A stretch of 64,000 nt of DNA from Candidatus Obscuribacteraceae bacterium (GTDB lineage Bacteria > Cyanobacteriota > Vampirovibrionia > Obscuribacterales > Obscuribacteraceae): the NCBI GenBank assembly GCA_044226015.1, contig JBGAHS010000007.1, positions 352,001 to 416,000 on the forward strand. The letters are read 5' to 3'. Numbering within the stretch: position 1 is the stretch's first letter; each line of letters opens with the position of its first letter. Below, one piece after another: positions 16,720 through 27,025 of this stretch. The notes under the pieces were generated by a model. The model was not told the DNA's origin and did no database searches. It saw only the letters and a list, made by a program, of their open reading frames with translations. The position numbers were made by a program, and so were the translations under genes.

Positions 16720-18327
16720 TTGGTCCGTTTATCGTCTACTCACGACATAAGTAGATTGTTTTTTACCAGGCGGCACTACTTATCATTATTGCTAGCACTT
16801 CTTTTCACAGAAGCGGCTGCTTTTTGCGCTGATGAGACGAATTCATCCTGCATACAAGCTCAAATACCGCCAAGTCTTGGACAAGAAGCTAAGAGGCTGG
16901 CAGAGGCTATTTCTGTCAAGAAAAATAGCAGCAGTGAATTTTCTCATGCTGAAATTCCAAAAGAATCTTCGATTTCTGAAATTCTAGCCTCGGTCCAATC
17001 GGAACCTCCGACGGAATCTGATCGGTCAAAAGCGAGCACTGGTTCGCGAGATGTTATTTCTGATATGGAAGATGGACAGTCCGTTATCAATGTAGATAAA
17101 GAAATAGAAAAAGAGCTTCTGGAGTTCGCTCGATTCAACATAGCTTACTTCAAAACAACTTCCGGAGTATTGAGCAAGCGTGTCTATGGTTATGCCTTTG
17201 CAAGAGAGGCGGGAACTGCTGTTGCCTTTGCTGGCACACTGACAGAATTGTCGGAGCGAGCACGCGTTTTAAATGACGTTGGGAAGTTTTCTAAGTCTGC
17301 TCGCAGGCATGCTCTTATATGCTCATCGATTGGAAATGCTATAAGTGCGGAATCATCAACTCTTGAGTTGGGCCAGAATCTCTGGGCTGTATTTTACGCA
17401 CGTCGTAAGAACTGTTCCTCTACTCAGGCTGTGTCAAATGTGGCTCAGAGAGTGGAAAGAATTGATAAGCTCTTAGATAAGAGAGAACAAATTCTAGCCA
17501 GGCAAACCGATCCCTCGGTCAGAGAATTGGGCGTGATAGAGGGAAAATTGCTGCAGAGGGTCAAGCAGCAGCTGCTGTATGAGTTCAGGAAGTGGAACGT
17601 TTCCTCTCGCGAGCAGGCTGCGAAGGAGAACTTCTTTTACACTCTTGATGCAATGCAGAATTACTTAGGTATGGGATCTAATCTGCTTTCTTTGCGTTCA
17701 TTCCATTCACCAGGTAAGTCTGCTGCAGCTGCGATAACACTCTTGATTGCGAACTCTGCTGCGACTCTGAATCCGCTTTTGAGTAATCTGACTGCATATA
17801 TGGTCCGAGTTCATGAGCGCCATTTGTTGTTCAAGAAATTCAATGTAGAACGACCACTTGCTGAGCGGACCTTGAGCGTTGCGGAGCTGGAGAAGGTGGA
17901 GAAGAATGAGCACAATTCTAAAATGTTGGAAGAGGCTCTGTTCATTTGCAAGAGTTCTGAGAAAATGGATCAGAACATTGATTTTGAAGTGTCTGAAATT
18001 GCTCGGCTGCGACAAATTGCTCAGCAGCAGGCGATAGCCGGACCCCTCATCGGTTTGACTTCCGTTGCACGCGCGATTCTAACGACTGTTTCCTATTATG
18101 GATATGGACGCGATCGAGTCACATCAAACAAGCTACTCTTTGCAGGTAGAATCTCTCAAGCTACTGGTCAAGCGTATGCCTTGTGGGATACTCCTTACAC
18201 TCTTTATAAAGGGTATAGAAGAAGGAAAATTCTTGCTGCCGAGGGTAGGTTGCCTTCTCAGGTGCTTGAGCGTCGCCTCAAGCGCTTGGACGATATAGAA
18301 GAACGATTGAAGACGCCAAGTCAATGA
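16720..18327 (+). CDS. Hypothetical exported alpha-helical protein
   Basis: 535-aa ORF with a signal-like segment and amphipathic helices; no recognisable motif; start uncertain. Confidence 0.65.
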   Translation: MVRLSSTHDISRLFFTRRHYLSLLLALLFTEAAAFCADETNSSCIQAQIPPSLGQEAKRLAEAISVKKNSSSEFSHAEIPKESSISEILASVQSEPPTESDRSKASTGSRDVISDMEDGQSVINVDKEIEKELLEFARFNIAYFKTTSGVLSKRVYGYAFAREAGTAVAFAGTLTELSERARVLNDVGKFSKSARRHALICSSIGNAISAESSTLELGQNLWAVFYARRKNCSSTQAVSNVAQRVERIDKLLDKREQILARQTDPSVRELGVIEGKLLQRVKQQLLYEFRKWNVSSREQAAKENFFYTLDAMQNYLGMGSNLLSLRSFHSPGKSAAAAITLLIANSAATLNPLLSNLTAYMVRVHERHLLFKKFNVERPLAERTLSVAELEKVEKNEHNSKMLEEALFICKSSEKMDQNIDFEVSEIARLRQIAQQQAIAGPLIGLTSVARAILTTVSYYGYGRDRVTSNKLLFAGRISQATGQAYALWDTPYTLYKGYRRRKILAAEGRLPSQVLERRLKRLDDIEERLKTPSQ

Positions 18328-18380
18328 TTGCTTGAGCGTAAGCTCCTTCATGTTGGTTGACACTGAATGATAAGGCTGAG

Positions 18381-19889
18381 TTATTTGATTTCGTAAACCT
18401 CAAGTAAATTGATTTTATAGGTACCAGATACGGTACCAGGGTCGAATCTGAGTTGTCCGCAAGCTTGAGGTGGTAGCTCTAAAAACAGAATATTGTGTCC
18501 CTTTCGCCCTTTCTTTCGGGCGCTGTGTCGTCTTTCGAAATTGGCATTATAAGCTGTTTGATAAAACACCTCGATGTCATCAATTGCGGGGCTCTCCATA
18601 TCTAGCACTAAGACCTTTGCTTTTGTCGAGTCTGTTCTTATTGGAGGCAAGATGAGTTGTGGGTCATTGGTATCCACCTCGATCTTTCCGTTTTGCGGAT
18701 TGATAGTACACCCGGCTAATTTAGAAAATTTGGAGGCAGAAATTGGCTGACTCAGCTGAAGAAGCGTTTTGCCTCGCTCGGACTCATTTAAGCAGGTCCA
18801 TGCTGCTGGGGGTATTCGGGATAATGAAACAGCCAGGGTTTCGTCGATTACGATATCTGGATGTAATTTTTCAAGATTTTGTTCGAGCAATTCTCTGTCG
18901 TAACTGAAAAAGACCTCGGAACATTTCGTTGACAGAAATGGAAGCATTGCGCGCGCAAAAGAGTCACCAATCACCAATACTCGCAATCCTGAGTCGTTGT
19001 TTCGAGACTTAAAATGGAAGATCGTTTTGCGATTTTCGCTTGCTTCAAAGTCCTCGATCGTATAACTCTTATCTTTGGGAAGCATCAGAGGCAATGGCTC
19101 TTTCAATAAATTATCAGTTCCAATGATTTTGCACAAATCCGCTATTTGTGACTCATTCTTCGACCAGGTGAGGCTAAAGTCCTCAAATTTCAAATCGGTC
19201 AGTTGCGTTGTCTTTTTCCTCAAGCAACTAATTGCTTCGCGTGTTCCAATAAATGCTCCGAGCAAGTTCCAGTGAGTATCAAACTTTTGAAATAAATTTC
19301 CTATCGATTTGTTTTTCTCCAAAACATCTCTCAGATAAAGCACATCTGCGGGATCCTTCTGCGCAATCATATTTGAAATTAAGTCCGAGCGAAGGAGGTG
19401 CGTATCGCGTTGTAGCCACTTTGGTAGATGTTCTTTGTAAACAATGGACTTATCTGGCACTATGACAAAAAGATATTTCGCGCCATGAGATTCAACTTTT
19501 ATTCTTCGAGACCTGATGCAGTGACGCCAGTCATTCACATCCTCTGCGGAAATTGTCTGGTTCTGTAATTCAAGATAGTCGGAGTAGAAAAGCCATTTGT
19601 TGAGCCCCGTGATTACAGATGGAACAGGTGACACTCCAAAAAGAGAAAGTTTGAGAAAACTTCTGATCTTTGTCAGATCTTGGCGGAATGCCAATCTATC
19701 GTTAATGAATGACTGTAACGCCAGTGGAAATTCCCCTGGACTCTTCATGATATCTGGAAATTCCGCTGCGACCCGGTTTTCTAGAACCAGTGTTTTTTGA
19801 GACAGATTCAAGAGAGTCAAAATACCAAACGAGAATATGCACGTCAGAAACACGCCTATCAGTATTTTTTGCTCTAGTTTTGTTTTCAT
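18381..19889 (-). CDS. AlgJ/AlgX-like SGNH polysaccharide O-acetyltransferase
   Basis: N-terminal TM, IVPDK, DTHWN and GDSF motifs; coupled to the MBOAT gene. Confidence 0.85.
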   Translation of the reverse strand: MKTKLEQKILIGVFLTCIFSFGILTLLNLSQKTLVLENRVAAEFPDIMKSPGEFPLALQSFINDRLAFRQDLTKIRSFLKLSLFGVSPVPSVITGLNKWLFYSDYLELQNQTISAEDVNDWRHCIRSRRIKVESHGAKYLFVIVPDKSIVYKEHLPKWLQRDTHLLRSDLISNMIAQKDPADVLYLRDVLEKNKSIGNLFQKFDTHWNLLGAFIGTREAISCLRKKTTQLTDLKFEDFSLTWSKNESQIADLCKIIGTDNLLKEPLPLMLPKDKSYTIEDFEASENRKTIFHFKSRNNDSGLRVLVIGDSFARAMLPFLSTKCSEVFFSYDRELLEQNLEKLHPDIVIDETLAVSLSRIPPAAWTCLNESERGKTLLQLSQPISASKFSKLAGCTINPQNGKIEVDTNDPQLILPPIRTDSTKAKVLVLDMESPAIDDIEVFYQTAYNANFERRHSARKKGRKGHNILFLELPPQACGQLRFDPGTVSGTYKINLLEVYEIK

Positions 19890-21343
19890 TAAAACCTGAA
19901 ATAAATGAAAGCGTTGTATGTACCTGATGCAAGTTCACCGATGCTGAGAATGAGTAGTGCAGATAGCGCCGAGACTCTAGAAAGGGAGATGATGACACCA
20001 TCTCTTGCTGGAATCTGAAACCCTGCTCTATGCATTAAAGATTCTATCGAGTTCCAAATCACCTCGGGTGGAACACATGCCAGCACCGCGACTAGCGAAA
20101 CCAGTGCAATTTCTGGGTTTAGAATAGGAGCCAATGGCGAAAAATCGCTGGGGGTGTGAAGTCCCAGCATAGTGAGAATATACTGTCCGGCGCTGTTCAA
20201 ATCCTGCGAACGAAATATCGGAGCAGCGAATGCTGCAGTAGACAGTGCGTATATGTGTTTTAAAGGACGTGGTAAGTTTTTAAGCCAACGTCCGTGGCGT
20301 CTGCGTTCCAATTGCATAAATGTTGCAAGATAAAACGCCCAGAATAGAAAAGTCCAATTTGCGCCATGCCAGAGCCCACAAAGCAAAATTACCAGGTACA
20401 TAATGTGTACTGGGCGAAAACTCTTAGCAGTTAATTGACAGAGTGGGTTGTAGAGGTAATCTCTAAACCATGCGGTTAGCGACATGTGCCATCGACGCCA
20501 TCGTTCAGAAACAGATTGGGCGTAATATGGGTAGTCGAAATTCTCAGGAAATTTGAAGCCAAACATTCGCGCTAATCCAATCGCCATATCAGAGTATGCG
20601 CTCAAGTCGTAATAAATCTGGAGACAGAAAGCGAGGGCGCCAAACCACGCCAAGCCTATGTTCAGTTGTTCGTTCGGAAGCGCATATATCGCATCTACAG
20701 GTCTGGCGATAATGTCTGCAATTAATACCTTCTTTGCTAAACCAACGATGAATCGCCGGACGCCGATGGCAAAGGATTCCAGATCTGTGCTTCTCTCTGT
20801 CAATTGAGCCGCGATTTCGTGATATCGCACGATAGGACCAGCAATAAGTTGCGGAAAAAATCCAATGTACAATGCCGTATTGAGGAAGTCCTTTTGTGCC
20901 TTGACCGTTCCGCGATAAACATCAATGCAATAAGACATTAGGTGAAATGAGATGAAGGAGATTCCCAGCGGCAAGCCAACCCGAAGAAGGTCAAGTTGAT
21001 TTTGACCAATTGCAGCACGAATTACATTTAAGTTGCTAATGAGAAAATCAAAGTACTTAAAATAAATCAGCGAGCCCAGGCAAGTCGTAATCGAGATTGC
21101 TAGCCAACAGAGAGCGACGCGTTTTGATTTCTCTTTGCTGTTTTCAATCAAGCGTGCAAAGAAATAATTGGCGCAAATCAGCGCCAAAATCAACCAGCCA
21201 AAGCGCGTTTCTCCCCAGACATAAAATACTGCGCTAGCCAGTACTAGTAAATAGTTTTTGAGCCGAATATTTGGCAAAGCAAAATAAGCCACAAGAATTG
21301 TTGGCAAGAAAAAGAAAAGAAAAATGCTTGATGTGAAAAGCAC
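19889..21343 (-). CDS. AlgI-like MBOAT membrane O-acyltransferase
   Basis: LPLGISF, FFPQLIAGPIVR, YSDMAIG, WRRWHMSL and LWHGANWTF motifs. Confidence 0.93.
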   Translation of the reverse strand: MLFTSSIFLFFFLPTILVAYFALPNIRLKNYLLVLASAVFYVWGETRFGWLILALICANYFFARLIENSKEKSKRVALCWLAISITTCLGSLIYFKYFDFLISNLNVIRAAIGQNQLDLLRVGLPLGISFISFHLMSYCIDVYRGTVKAQKDFLNTALYIGFFPQLIAGPIVRYHEIAAQLTERSTDLESFAIGVRRFIVGLAKKVLIADIIARPVDAIYALPNEQLNIGLAWFGALAFCLQIYYDLSAYSDMAIGLARMFGFKFPENFDYPYYAQSVSERWRRWHMSLTAWFRDYLYNPLCQLTAKSFRPVHIMYLVILLCGLWHGANWTFLFWAFYLATFMQLERRRHGRWLKNLPRPLKHIYALSTAAFAAPIFRSQDLNSAGQYILTMLGLHTPSDFSPLAPILNPEIALVSLVAVLACVPPEVIWNSIESLMHRAGFQIPARDGVIISLSRVSALSALLILSIGELASGTYNAFIYFRF

Positions 21344-21637
21344 GGTTTGTCTGGTCTCTATTTTCTTTTGAACTGAACTCTATGAGTGACCGACATCGGA
21401 CCATCGACGGCACATGTCAGGAAGAGAATTGTAGCTGAATAGCAATTGCTTCGCTTTAGTGGCGCTTTAGATCACTAAGATGCGGAATTCGGGAAATATT
21501 TAATAGTCTTGGAATCCTTGTTAGTCGAGGTTTTTGGTAGGAATATGGTTGTGGAGTTCTTAAACTAGTAAAGGAGAAGCGCGTGTTTTTGAGGTGTTGA
21601 CAACCCCCCCCCCCGTTTCAGCAGAAAAAAATCTGGG

Positions 21638-22984
21638 ATGAAGACTTTATTGTTCGTGATTGTTTTTGCTTTTCTGCTGCTGTTGGTTCTGCCACTATCC
21701 AACTTCTTCATTCAACGTGAATATGTGGCTCCCCGTGATGATGCCGAGTTCAAACTGGTATCAGATACGATGGTAAAAAAATGCGCTGATTGTCATTCCT
21801 CAGACATGGCACCGCGGCCTGTCTATTTCAATTTTCCTATTGCTCATCCCATCATTGAGTCTGATTTGAAGAAGGCGAAATCGAATTTTGTATTAAGCAG
21901 AGAAAAGCTCTCGGGGGCTACCAAGTTTACGTCGAATGAACTCTTTGCCTTGAGTCAGGCGATGGCGAAAAACAATATGCCACCTGCGCGTTATATTGCT
22001 CTTTATTGGGATGCTGCGCTAAGTGAAAATGAGCAGCGCGCTTTCGTAAGTTATATCAAAAAGCAGTCGGCTAATTTTGATTTGCGGCCAATTCCGCAAG
22101 AAAATTTTTTTCAACCAGACAAGGCTAAAGCGGCTCTGGGCGAGCGATTGTTCTCTGATAAGAGGCTTTCCGGCAGCGGCAAAATGTCTTGTGCGAGTTG
22201 TCATTCTCTTGAAACTGCTGGTTGTGATCAGAGGGCGCTGAGTGTTTCTGATTCTCTGCAGGCAACAAGCAGCAATACTCCCACTGTGGTTAATGCTGCG
22301 TATAATTTTGCACAGAATTGGAACGCTGGCGCCAAGAATTTGAGAGAGCACGTTCAGGAGCACGTCGAGAATGAGCGAATTTTGAATGCTCGTTGGGCAA
22401 CTGTTTTGACTCGATTGAGTCAAGATGGACAGTTCTTGAAAAACTTCAGTGGCGTCTATGATGATGGCTTGACTGTGTCAAATCTTGCAGACGCCATCGC
22501 TGCTTTTGAGCAAAGCTTGCTGAGTCCAGGCAGTAAATTCGATCTTTATTTGAAGGGCGATGTTTCCGCTTTAACCGCTGATGAAAAGTTGGGGTTAGAA
22601 CTTTTCAAAAAACACAACTGTGTTAGCTGTCATCTTGGACCATCGCTGGGTGGGCAGTCTGTAGAGCGCTTGGGAATTGAAAATGACTACTTCACTGGAC
22701 ACGCTGTTGATGATCCTGCTAATTGGGGGCGATTTAGTATTAGTAAGAATGCAAAAGACAAGTTCAAGTTCAAGGTTCCGAATTTGAGAAACGTTGAACT
22801 CACTGGTCCTTATTTCCATGATGGGTCAGTCAAGACTCTAAAAGATGCTGTGCATCTGATGTCAGAGTTTCAAATTGACAAAAAACTGACGAACAGAGAA
22901 GAAGAGCTTGTCTGCAAATTTTTGAGAACATTGACGGGGGAATTTCGTGGCAAACGGTTTGAGAATTCGCATCAATCAAACTGA
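21638..22984 (+). CDS. Triheme cytochrome c peroxidase (YhjA-like)
   Basis: N-terminal TM, three CxxCH motifs (CADCH, CASCH, CVSCH), FKVPNLRNVELTGPYFHDG. Confidence 0.9.
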   Translation: MKTLLFVIVFAFLLLLVLPLSNFFIQREYVAPRDDAEFKLVSDTMVKKCADCHSSDMAPRPVYFNFPIAHPIIESDLKKAKSNFVLSREKLSGATKFTSNELFALSQAMAKNNMPPARYIALYWDAALSENEQRAFVSYIKKQSANFDLRPIPQENFFQPDKAKAALGERLFSDKRLSGSGKMSCASCHSLETAGCDQRALSVSDSLQATSSNTPTVVNAAYNFAQNWNAGAKNLREHVQEHVENERILNARWATVLTRLSQDGQFLKNFSGVYDDGLTVSNLADAIAAFEQSLLSPGSKFDLYLKGDVSALTADEKLGLELFKKHNCVSCHLGPSLGGQSVERLGIENDYFTGHAVDDPANWGRFSISKNAKDKFKFKVPNLRNVELTGPYFHDGSVKTLKDAVHLMSEFQIDKKLTNREEELVCKFLRTLTGEFRGKRFENSHQSN

Positions 22985-22994
22985 TGCAGTATGA

Positions 22995-25559
22995 TTGAAA
23001 CACAGGTGTGTTTCTTGGATGAACGAGTCCCATTCGTACAAAAAGACTATATTCTGGCGAGGACTGGTAATCGTTCTTGTTCCGCTTATTTTGGGCACTG
23101 TTATCACCTTGAAATTGAATCAGCTCTGGCAAGAAGCTGAGAAGATAGCTAAGGAAGAAAATTGGCAGAACTCCTATTTGCAACAATTCAATCATATGAT
23201 GGGGCTCTTCGAATGGGGGCTTGGCGGAGCAGTTGCGGGCGCGATGGTCAAGGAACGGAATGTCGAAAATGCTAAGGCGAGTTTACAGCCAGTGATGCGC
23301 ACGGAGTTTGCCAAGCTTAAATACGAAGCACGCTTGCATCCCTCTAAGTTTCGCTCAATCACTCAGTTTGAAGCTGTTGCTCTCAAAGAAGCTGATTTGC
23401 TGACACACGTTCCAGACCTTGGAGCAGGGTGGGGAAATATAAAAGTCGAAGTATTAACTCAGTTGCCTAAATTTGCTGTGAAAATGACGCAGTACAACAC
23501 AGAGATGAGGCGAATTCTTCAGTCAGAGTATGAAGATTTGAAGCGTCTACGTCGAAAACAAGATTTGCTCGCCAGAGATTTTGCCATTTCAATTGCGGTA
23601 ATGACTCTTGCAGAGCTATTGGTGGCAGGTGTGTTGGTCTTATCGTTTTCCAAGTCGTTTTCACAGCGCTTAGAAAAGCTGGCTCGCAAGGCGAGCGAAT
23701 TGTCTGACAGCAAGCGAATCGAAACTAGTCTTCGTGGCAATGATGAACTTGCCTACCTCGACCACGTTTTGAGTAGCACTTCCGATATGTTAGAGCAGGC
23801 GGCCGAGCATCGAAAGTCAATACTGTCTATGGTGGCGCATGATATGCGTTCTCCGCTGATGGCCTCGCAAGCTACAATCGAATTGATAGAGCAGAGTACG
23901 CCAGGATTAAGCGAGTCTGCCAAAGCCGTTCTGCAAGAAACGAGGACAGAGCTAGGTAGCATTCTTCAGTACGTAAACTCGCTTCTTGAAGTGCAAAGAG
24001 GCCGTGAGGGGCATCAACTTGAGAAGGTCTCGGAAAAATCATCATTTTATGAAGTGATAGATGGAAGCGCTCGAAAGAAGAATTTCTTGATCGAGATGAG
24101 AAATTTCGTTACTCAGCCGCGAATTTTTCAAAAGAGTTTGCTTTTGGTTATGCTTCCGTTGCTAATGCAGTCTGTGTTGATGGTTTATATCTGTTCTCAG
24201 GTAACGGGAATTCAGCAGGTCATCAAACAAGAGCGCCTCTATAGTGATTTGAATATACTGAATAATTTCCAGCGGATAGATATGGTTCGCTTCACCGGAT
24301 TAGTTCTTTTGTATCTATTCACTAATTCCGAAAAAGCTGATGACAAAGCAAATCATGTTCTTGGTGAACTGAGTAAATCTGCAGATCTAGCGATGCGCTT
24401 AGCGGCAAAGGATCCGGATTGGAGTTCTATTGTCATAGCTACTCGAAATTATAGAGAGCGACAGATTAAAGACTTCCGCGAGCTTCGTCCCTCTGATTCG
24501 CCAGAGAAGGTTCAGCAAGTGATGTTCACATCTGGTGAACTGCGTGAAGGCTTGCCAGAATCGATGAAGGCTCGACGAGACGCGAACAAGCTTGGAGCGA
24601 GGTTCACTATTGAGATTAAAGAAGCAGAAGAGAGATTTGTGCAGTCCCGCCTTGAGCTAGAGCGTGTGTTCATCTATAGCTTGTTGGGCAATTTCGCATT
24701 GGCTGTGTTCCTGCTTCTGGTCTTCAATAGAAACATCTCTGGTCGTCTGGGTTTACTCATTGAGAATGCTTCCTGTTTAGGTCGAAGAAAGGCAATGAGC
24801 AACCGAATTCTTGGGTATGACGAACTTGCCTACCTTGGACTCATACTTTTCAAATCGCAGCAGCAGTTGGACAAAGCCTCAGACCAGCGCTCGGAGATGA
24901 TGGGTTCTCTTGCAAGTGAAATGAGAGAGCCGTTGCTGGTATCGCGCGAATTGATCAACAAATTCGAAGCTGAAGCAGGCTCACTAGCTGCGAGCACGCA
25001 AAAGCAATTGGATCGGGCCGCGAAAAACGTAGAAAGAGTAATAGGATTAATCGATGACCTTCTTAGCATGGAAACGCTTGAGACAGGTAAAGTAAGTATC
25101 GTCAAAGCCAAAACTAATTTGCGAAATTTGGCAGAGACGGCGCTTGCTGCAGTTAGTAGTTTGTCCAGGAAAAAAAATATCGAGTTGCTAAACCTGTGTG
25201 ATTCTGAATTCATGATAAACGTCGATTCTGACCGCATTGTGCAAGTTCTAGTAAACCTACTTGGAAATGCGCTGAAATTTTCGCCGGACAATACTCGAAT
25301 AAGAATTAGTAGTGAAGTTGATCGTGAGTACGTCAAAATCCTCGTAAGTGATGAGGGACCTGGAATGAATCCCGAGACTAGAGCGCAGGTTTTCGAAAAA
25401 TATTTTCAAGCGCAAACGCCCGAGAAAAAGCAGGGCTTTGGTCTCGGGCTTGCTATTTGTCAGCTAATTATTCAATCTCACTCAGGGCAGCTAGGTGTTG
25501 AAAGCGAGGAAGGCAAAGGAAGTACATTCTGGTTTTCTCTGCCCATTTACTCTGAGTGA
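22995..25559 (+). CDS. Membrane sensor histidine kinase with duplicated sensor-HAMP-HisKA modules
   Basis: AHDMRSPL H-box; N, G1, F and G2 boxes at the C-terminus; GNDELAYL/GYDELAYL HAMP repeats; alternative start at ATG 23019. Confidence 0.9.
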   Translation: MKHRCVSWMNESHSYKKTIFWRGLVIVLVPLILGTVITLKLNQLWQEAEKIAKEENWQNSYLQQFNHMMGLFEWGLGGAVAGAMVKERNVENAKASLQPVMRTEFAKLKYEARLHPSKFRSITQFEAVALKEADLLTHVPDLGAGWGNIKVEVLTQLPKFAVKMTQYNTEMRRILQSEYEDLKRLRRKQDLLARDFAISIAVMTLAELLVAGVLVLSFSKSFSQRLEKLARKASELSDSKRIETSLRGNDELAYLDHVLSSTSDMLEQAAEHRKSILSMVAHDMRSPLMASQATIELIEQSTPGLSESAKAVLQETRTELGSILQYVNSLLEVQRGREGHQLEKVSEKSSFYEVIDGSARKKNFLIEMRNFVTQPRIFQKSLLLVMLPLLMQSVLMVYICSQVTGIQQVIKQERLYSDLNILNNFQRIDMVRFTGLVLLYLFTNSEKADDKANHVLGELSKSADLAMRLAAKDPDWSSIVIATRNYRERQIKDFRELRPSDSPEKVQQVMFTSGELREGLPESMKARRDANKLGARFTIEIKEAEERFVQSRLELERVFIYSLLGNFALAVFLLLVFNRNISGRLGLLIENASCLGRRKAMSNRILGYDELAYLGLILFKSQQQLDKASDQRSEMMGSLASEMREPLLVSRELINKFEAEAGSLAASTQKQLDRAAKNVERVIGLIDDLLSMETLETGKVSIVKAKTNLRNLAETALAAVSSLSRKKNIELLNLCDSEFMINVDSDRIVQVLVNLLGNALKFSPDNTRIRISSEVDREYVKILVSDEGPGMNPETRAQVFEKYFQAQTPEKKQGFGLGLAICQLIIQSHSGQLGVESEEGKGSTFWFSLPIYSE

Positions 25560-25571
25560 TGCAATCGCTGC

Positions 25572-26663
25572 TTATTGTTTGAGAGATGCCATATCAATCA
25601 CAAAACGATATTTTACGTCCTGCTTTAGCAATCTCTCGTAGGCTTCGTTGATCTGTTGGATCTTTATAATTTCAATGTCACTCACTATTTTGTGTTTGGC
25701 GCAAAAATCCAACATCTCCTGGGTCTCTTTTATGCCACCTATTCCAGAGCCAGCCAGTTGCTTTCTTGGGAGAAGCAAGCTGAATGCGCTAATAGGAAGC
25801 GGATTCTCTGGGGCACCAACAAGGCATAAGGTTGCATCGAGTTTTAAGAGGCGAAGAAGTGCATTCATGTCGTGATCAGCTGAAACGGTGTCCAGGATGA
25901 AGTCAAAGCTACCGATGTGTTTTTGCATTTCTTCCGCATTTGTGGAAACTATGACTTCCTTTGCTCCAAGTCGTTTGGCGTCGTCAATTTTCTTCGGCGA
26001 TGTCGTAAAGACAACGACATGTGCACCCATTGCGTTTGCTATTTTGACCCCCATGTGTCCGAGTCCACCCAGTCCCACGATGCCAACTTTATCGCCTGCT
26101 TTGACTTTCCAATGGTGAAGAGGAGAATACGTTGTGATGCCTGCGCAGAGGAGAGGGGCTGTGGCAGCTAGATCCATGCCATCTGGAATTCTAAGAACAT
26201 AGTTTTGGTCTACAACAATGCTATCCGAATAGCCACCGTATGTGACACCGCCAAGATGCTTATCTTCACCATTGTAAGTGAGTGTCATAAACTGGTGGCA
26301 ATATTGTTCGACACCGTCTGTGCAGGCAGGGCACTTGCGGCAGCTGTCAACCATGCATCCAACAGCCACTGTGTCACCCACTTTAAAGTTGTGAACGTTG
26401 CTACCTATCTCGGTAACCCTTCCCACTATTTCATGACCGGGTACTACTGGATATATTGTGTTGTGCCATTCGTTTCTTGCCTGATGCAGGTCGGAGTGGC
26501 AAACGCCGCAATAGAGAATTTCGATTGCGACATCTTCGGCTGTGGGTTTGCGTCTTTTGATGTTGAGTTGCGAAAGTGGGGCGTCTGCGGCTTGCGCTGC
26601 AAATGATTTTGCTTCGAATGTCGAGTGATTTGTCGATTTGTTTGTAGCTGTTTCGGTCGTCAT
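25572..26663 (-). CDS. Zn/NADP-dependent alcohol dehydrogenase (CAD/YahK/AdhC family)
   Basis: CGVCHSD, GHEIVG, structural Cys cluster, GLGGLG and YRFVID; GGAG SD before ATG 26663. Confidence 0.94.
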   Translation of the reverse strand: MTTETATNKSTNHSTFEAKSFAAQAADAPLSQLNIKRRKPTAEDVAIEILYCGVCHSDLHQARNEWHNTIYPVVPGHEIVGRVTEIGSNVHNFKVGDTVAVGCMVDSCRKCPACTDGVEQYCHQFMTLTYNGEDKHLGGVTYGGYSDSIVVDQNYVLRIPDGMDLAATAPLLCAGITTYSPLHHWKVKAGDKVGIVGLGGLGHMGVKIANAMGAHVVVFTTSPKKIDDAKRLGAKEVIVSTNAEEMQKHIGSFDFILDTVSADHDMNALLRLLKLDATLCLVGAPENPLPISAFSLLLPRKQLAGSGIGGIKETQEMLDFCAKHKIVSDIEIIKIQQINEAYERLLKQDVKYRFVIDMASLKQ

Positions 26664-27025
26664 GATTTGCTCCGTTGTTTTTTTTCTTGTTGCAATCGCT
26701 GGTTTGCGGGGTTGAATTCTTACTTCGCTTTTGCGAGTCAATTCATCAATTGTTTTGCGTTTAAGAAAAGCTCGTTTCTTCTAATCTAAGTCAAGATAGC
26801 TTGTGTAATTTAAACTCTGAATTTGCTTCTTGTCTCAAACGTCAAACAGCCAAGCGAGTTTTTCGGGTCGCTCAGTTTGCGCTCGTCCTTATACATAAAA
26901 CTCCATTTCAGAGGCTTCATCAATGCCAAATCCTCCAATTCTTTTGCCTAATTCTGCAAAATGCCGTACTTTTAGGCTGGGCTTGTGTTTTACTGTTATT
27001 GAGCTGTAATTGGTAGGAGCCGGGC

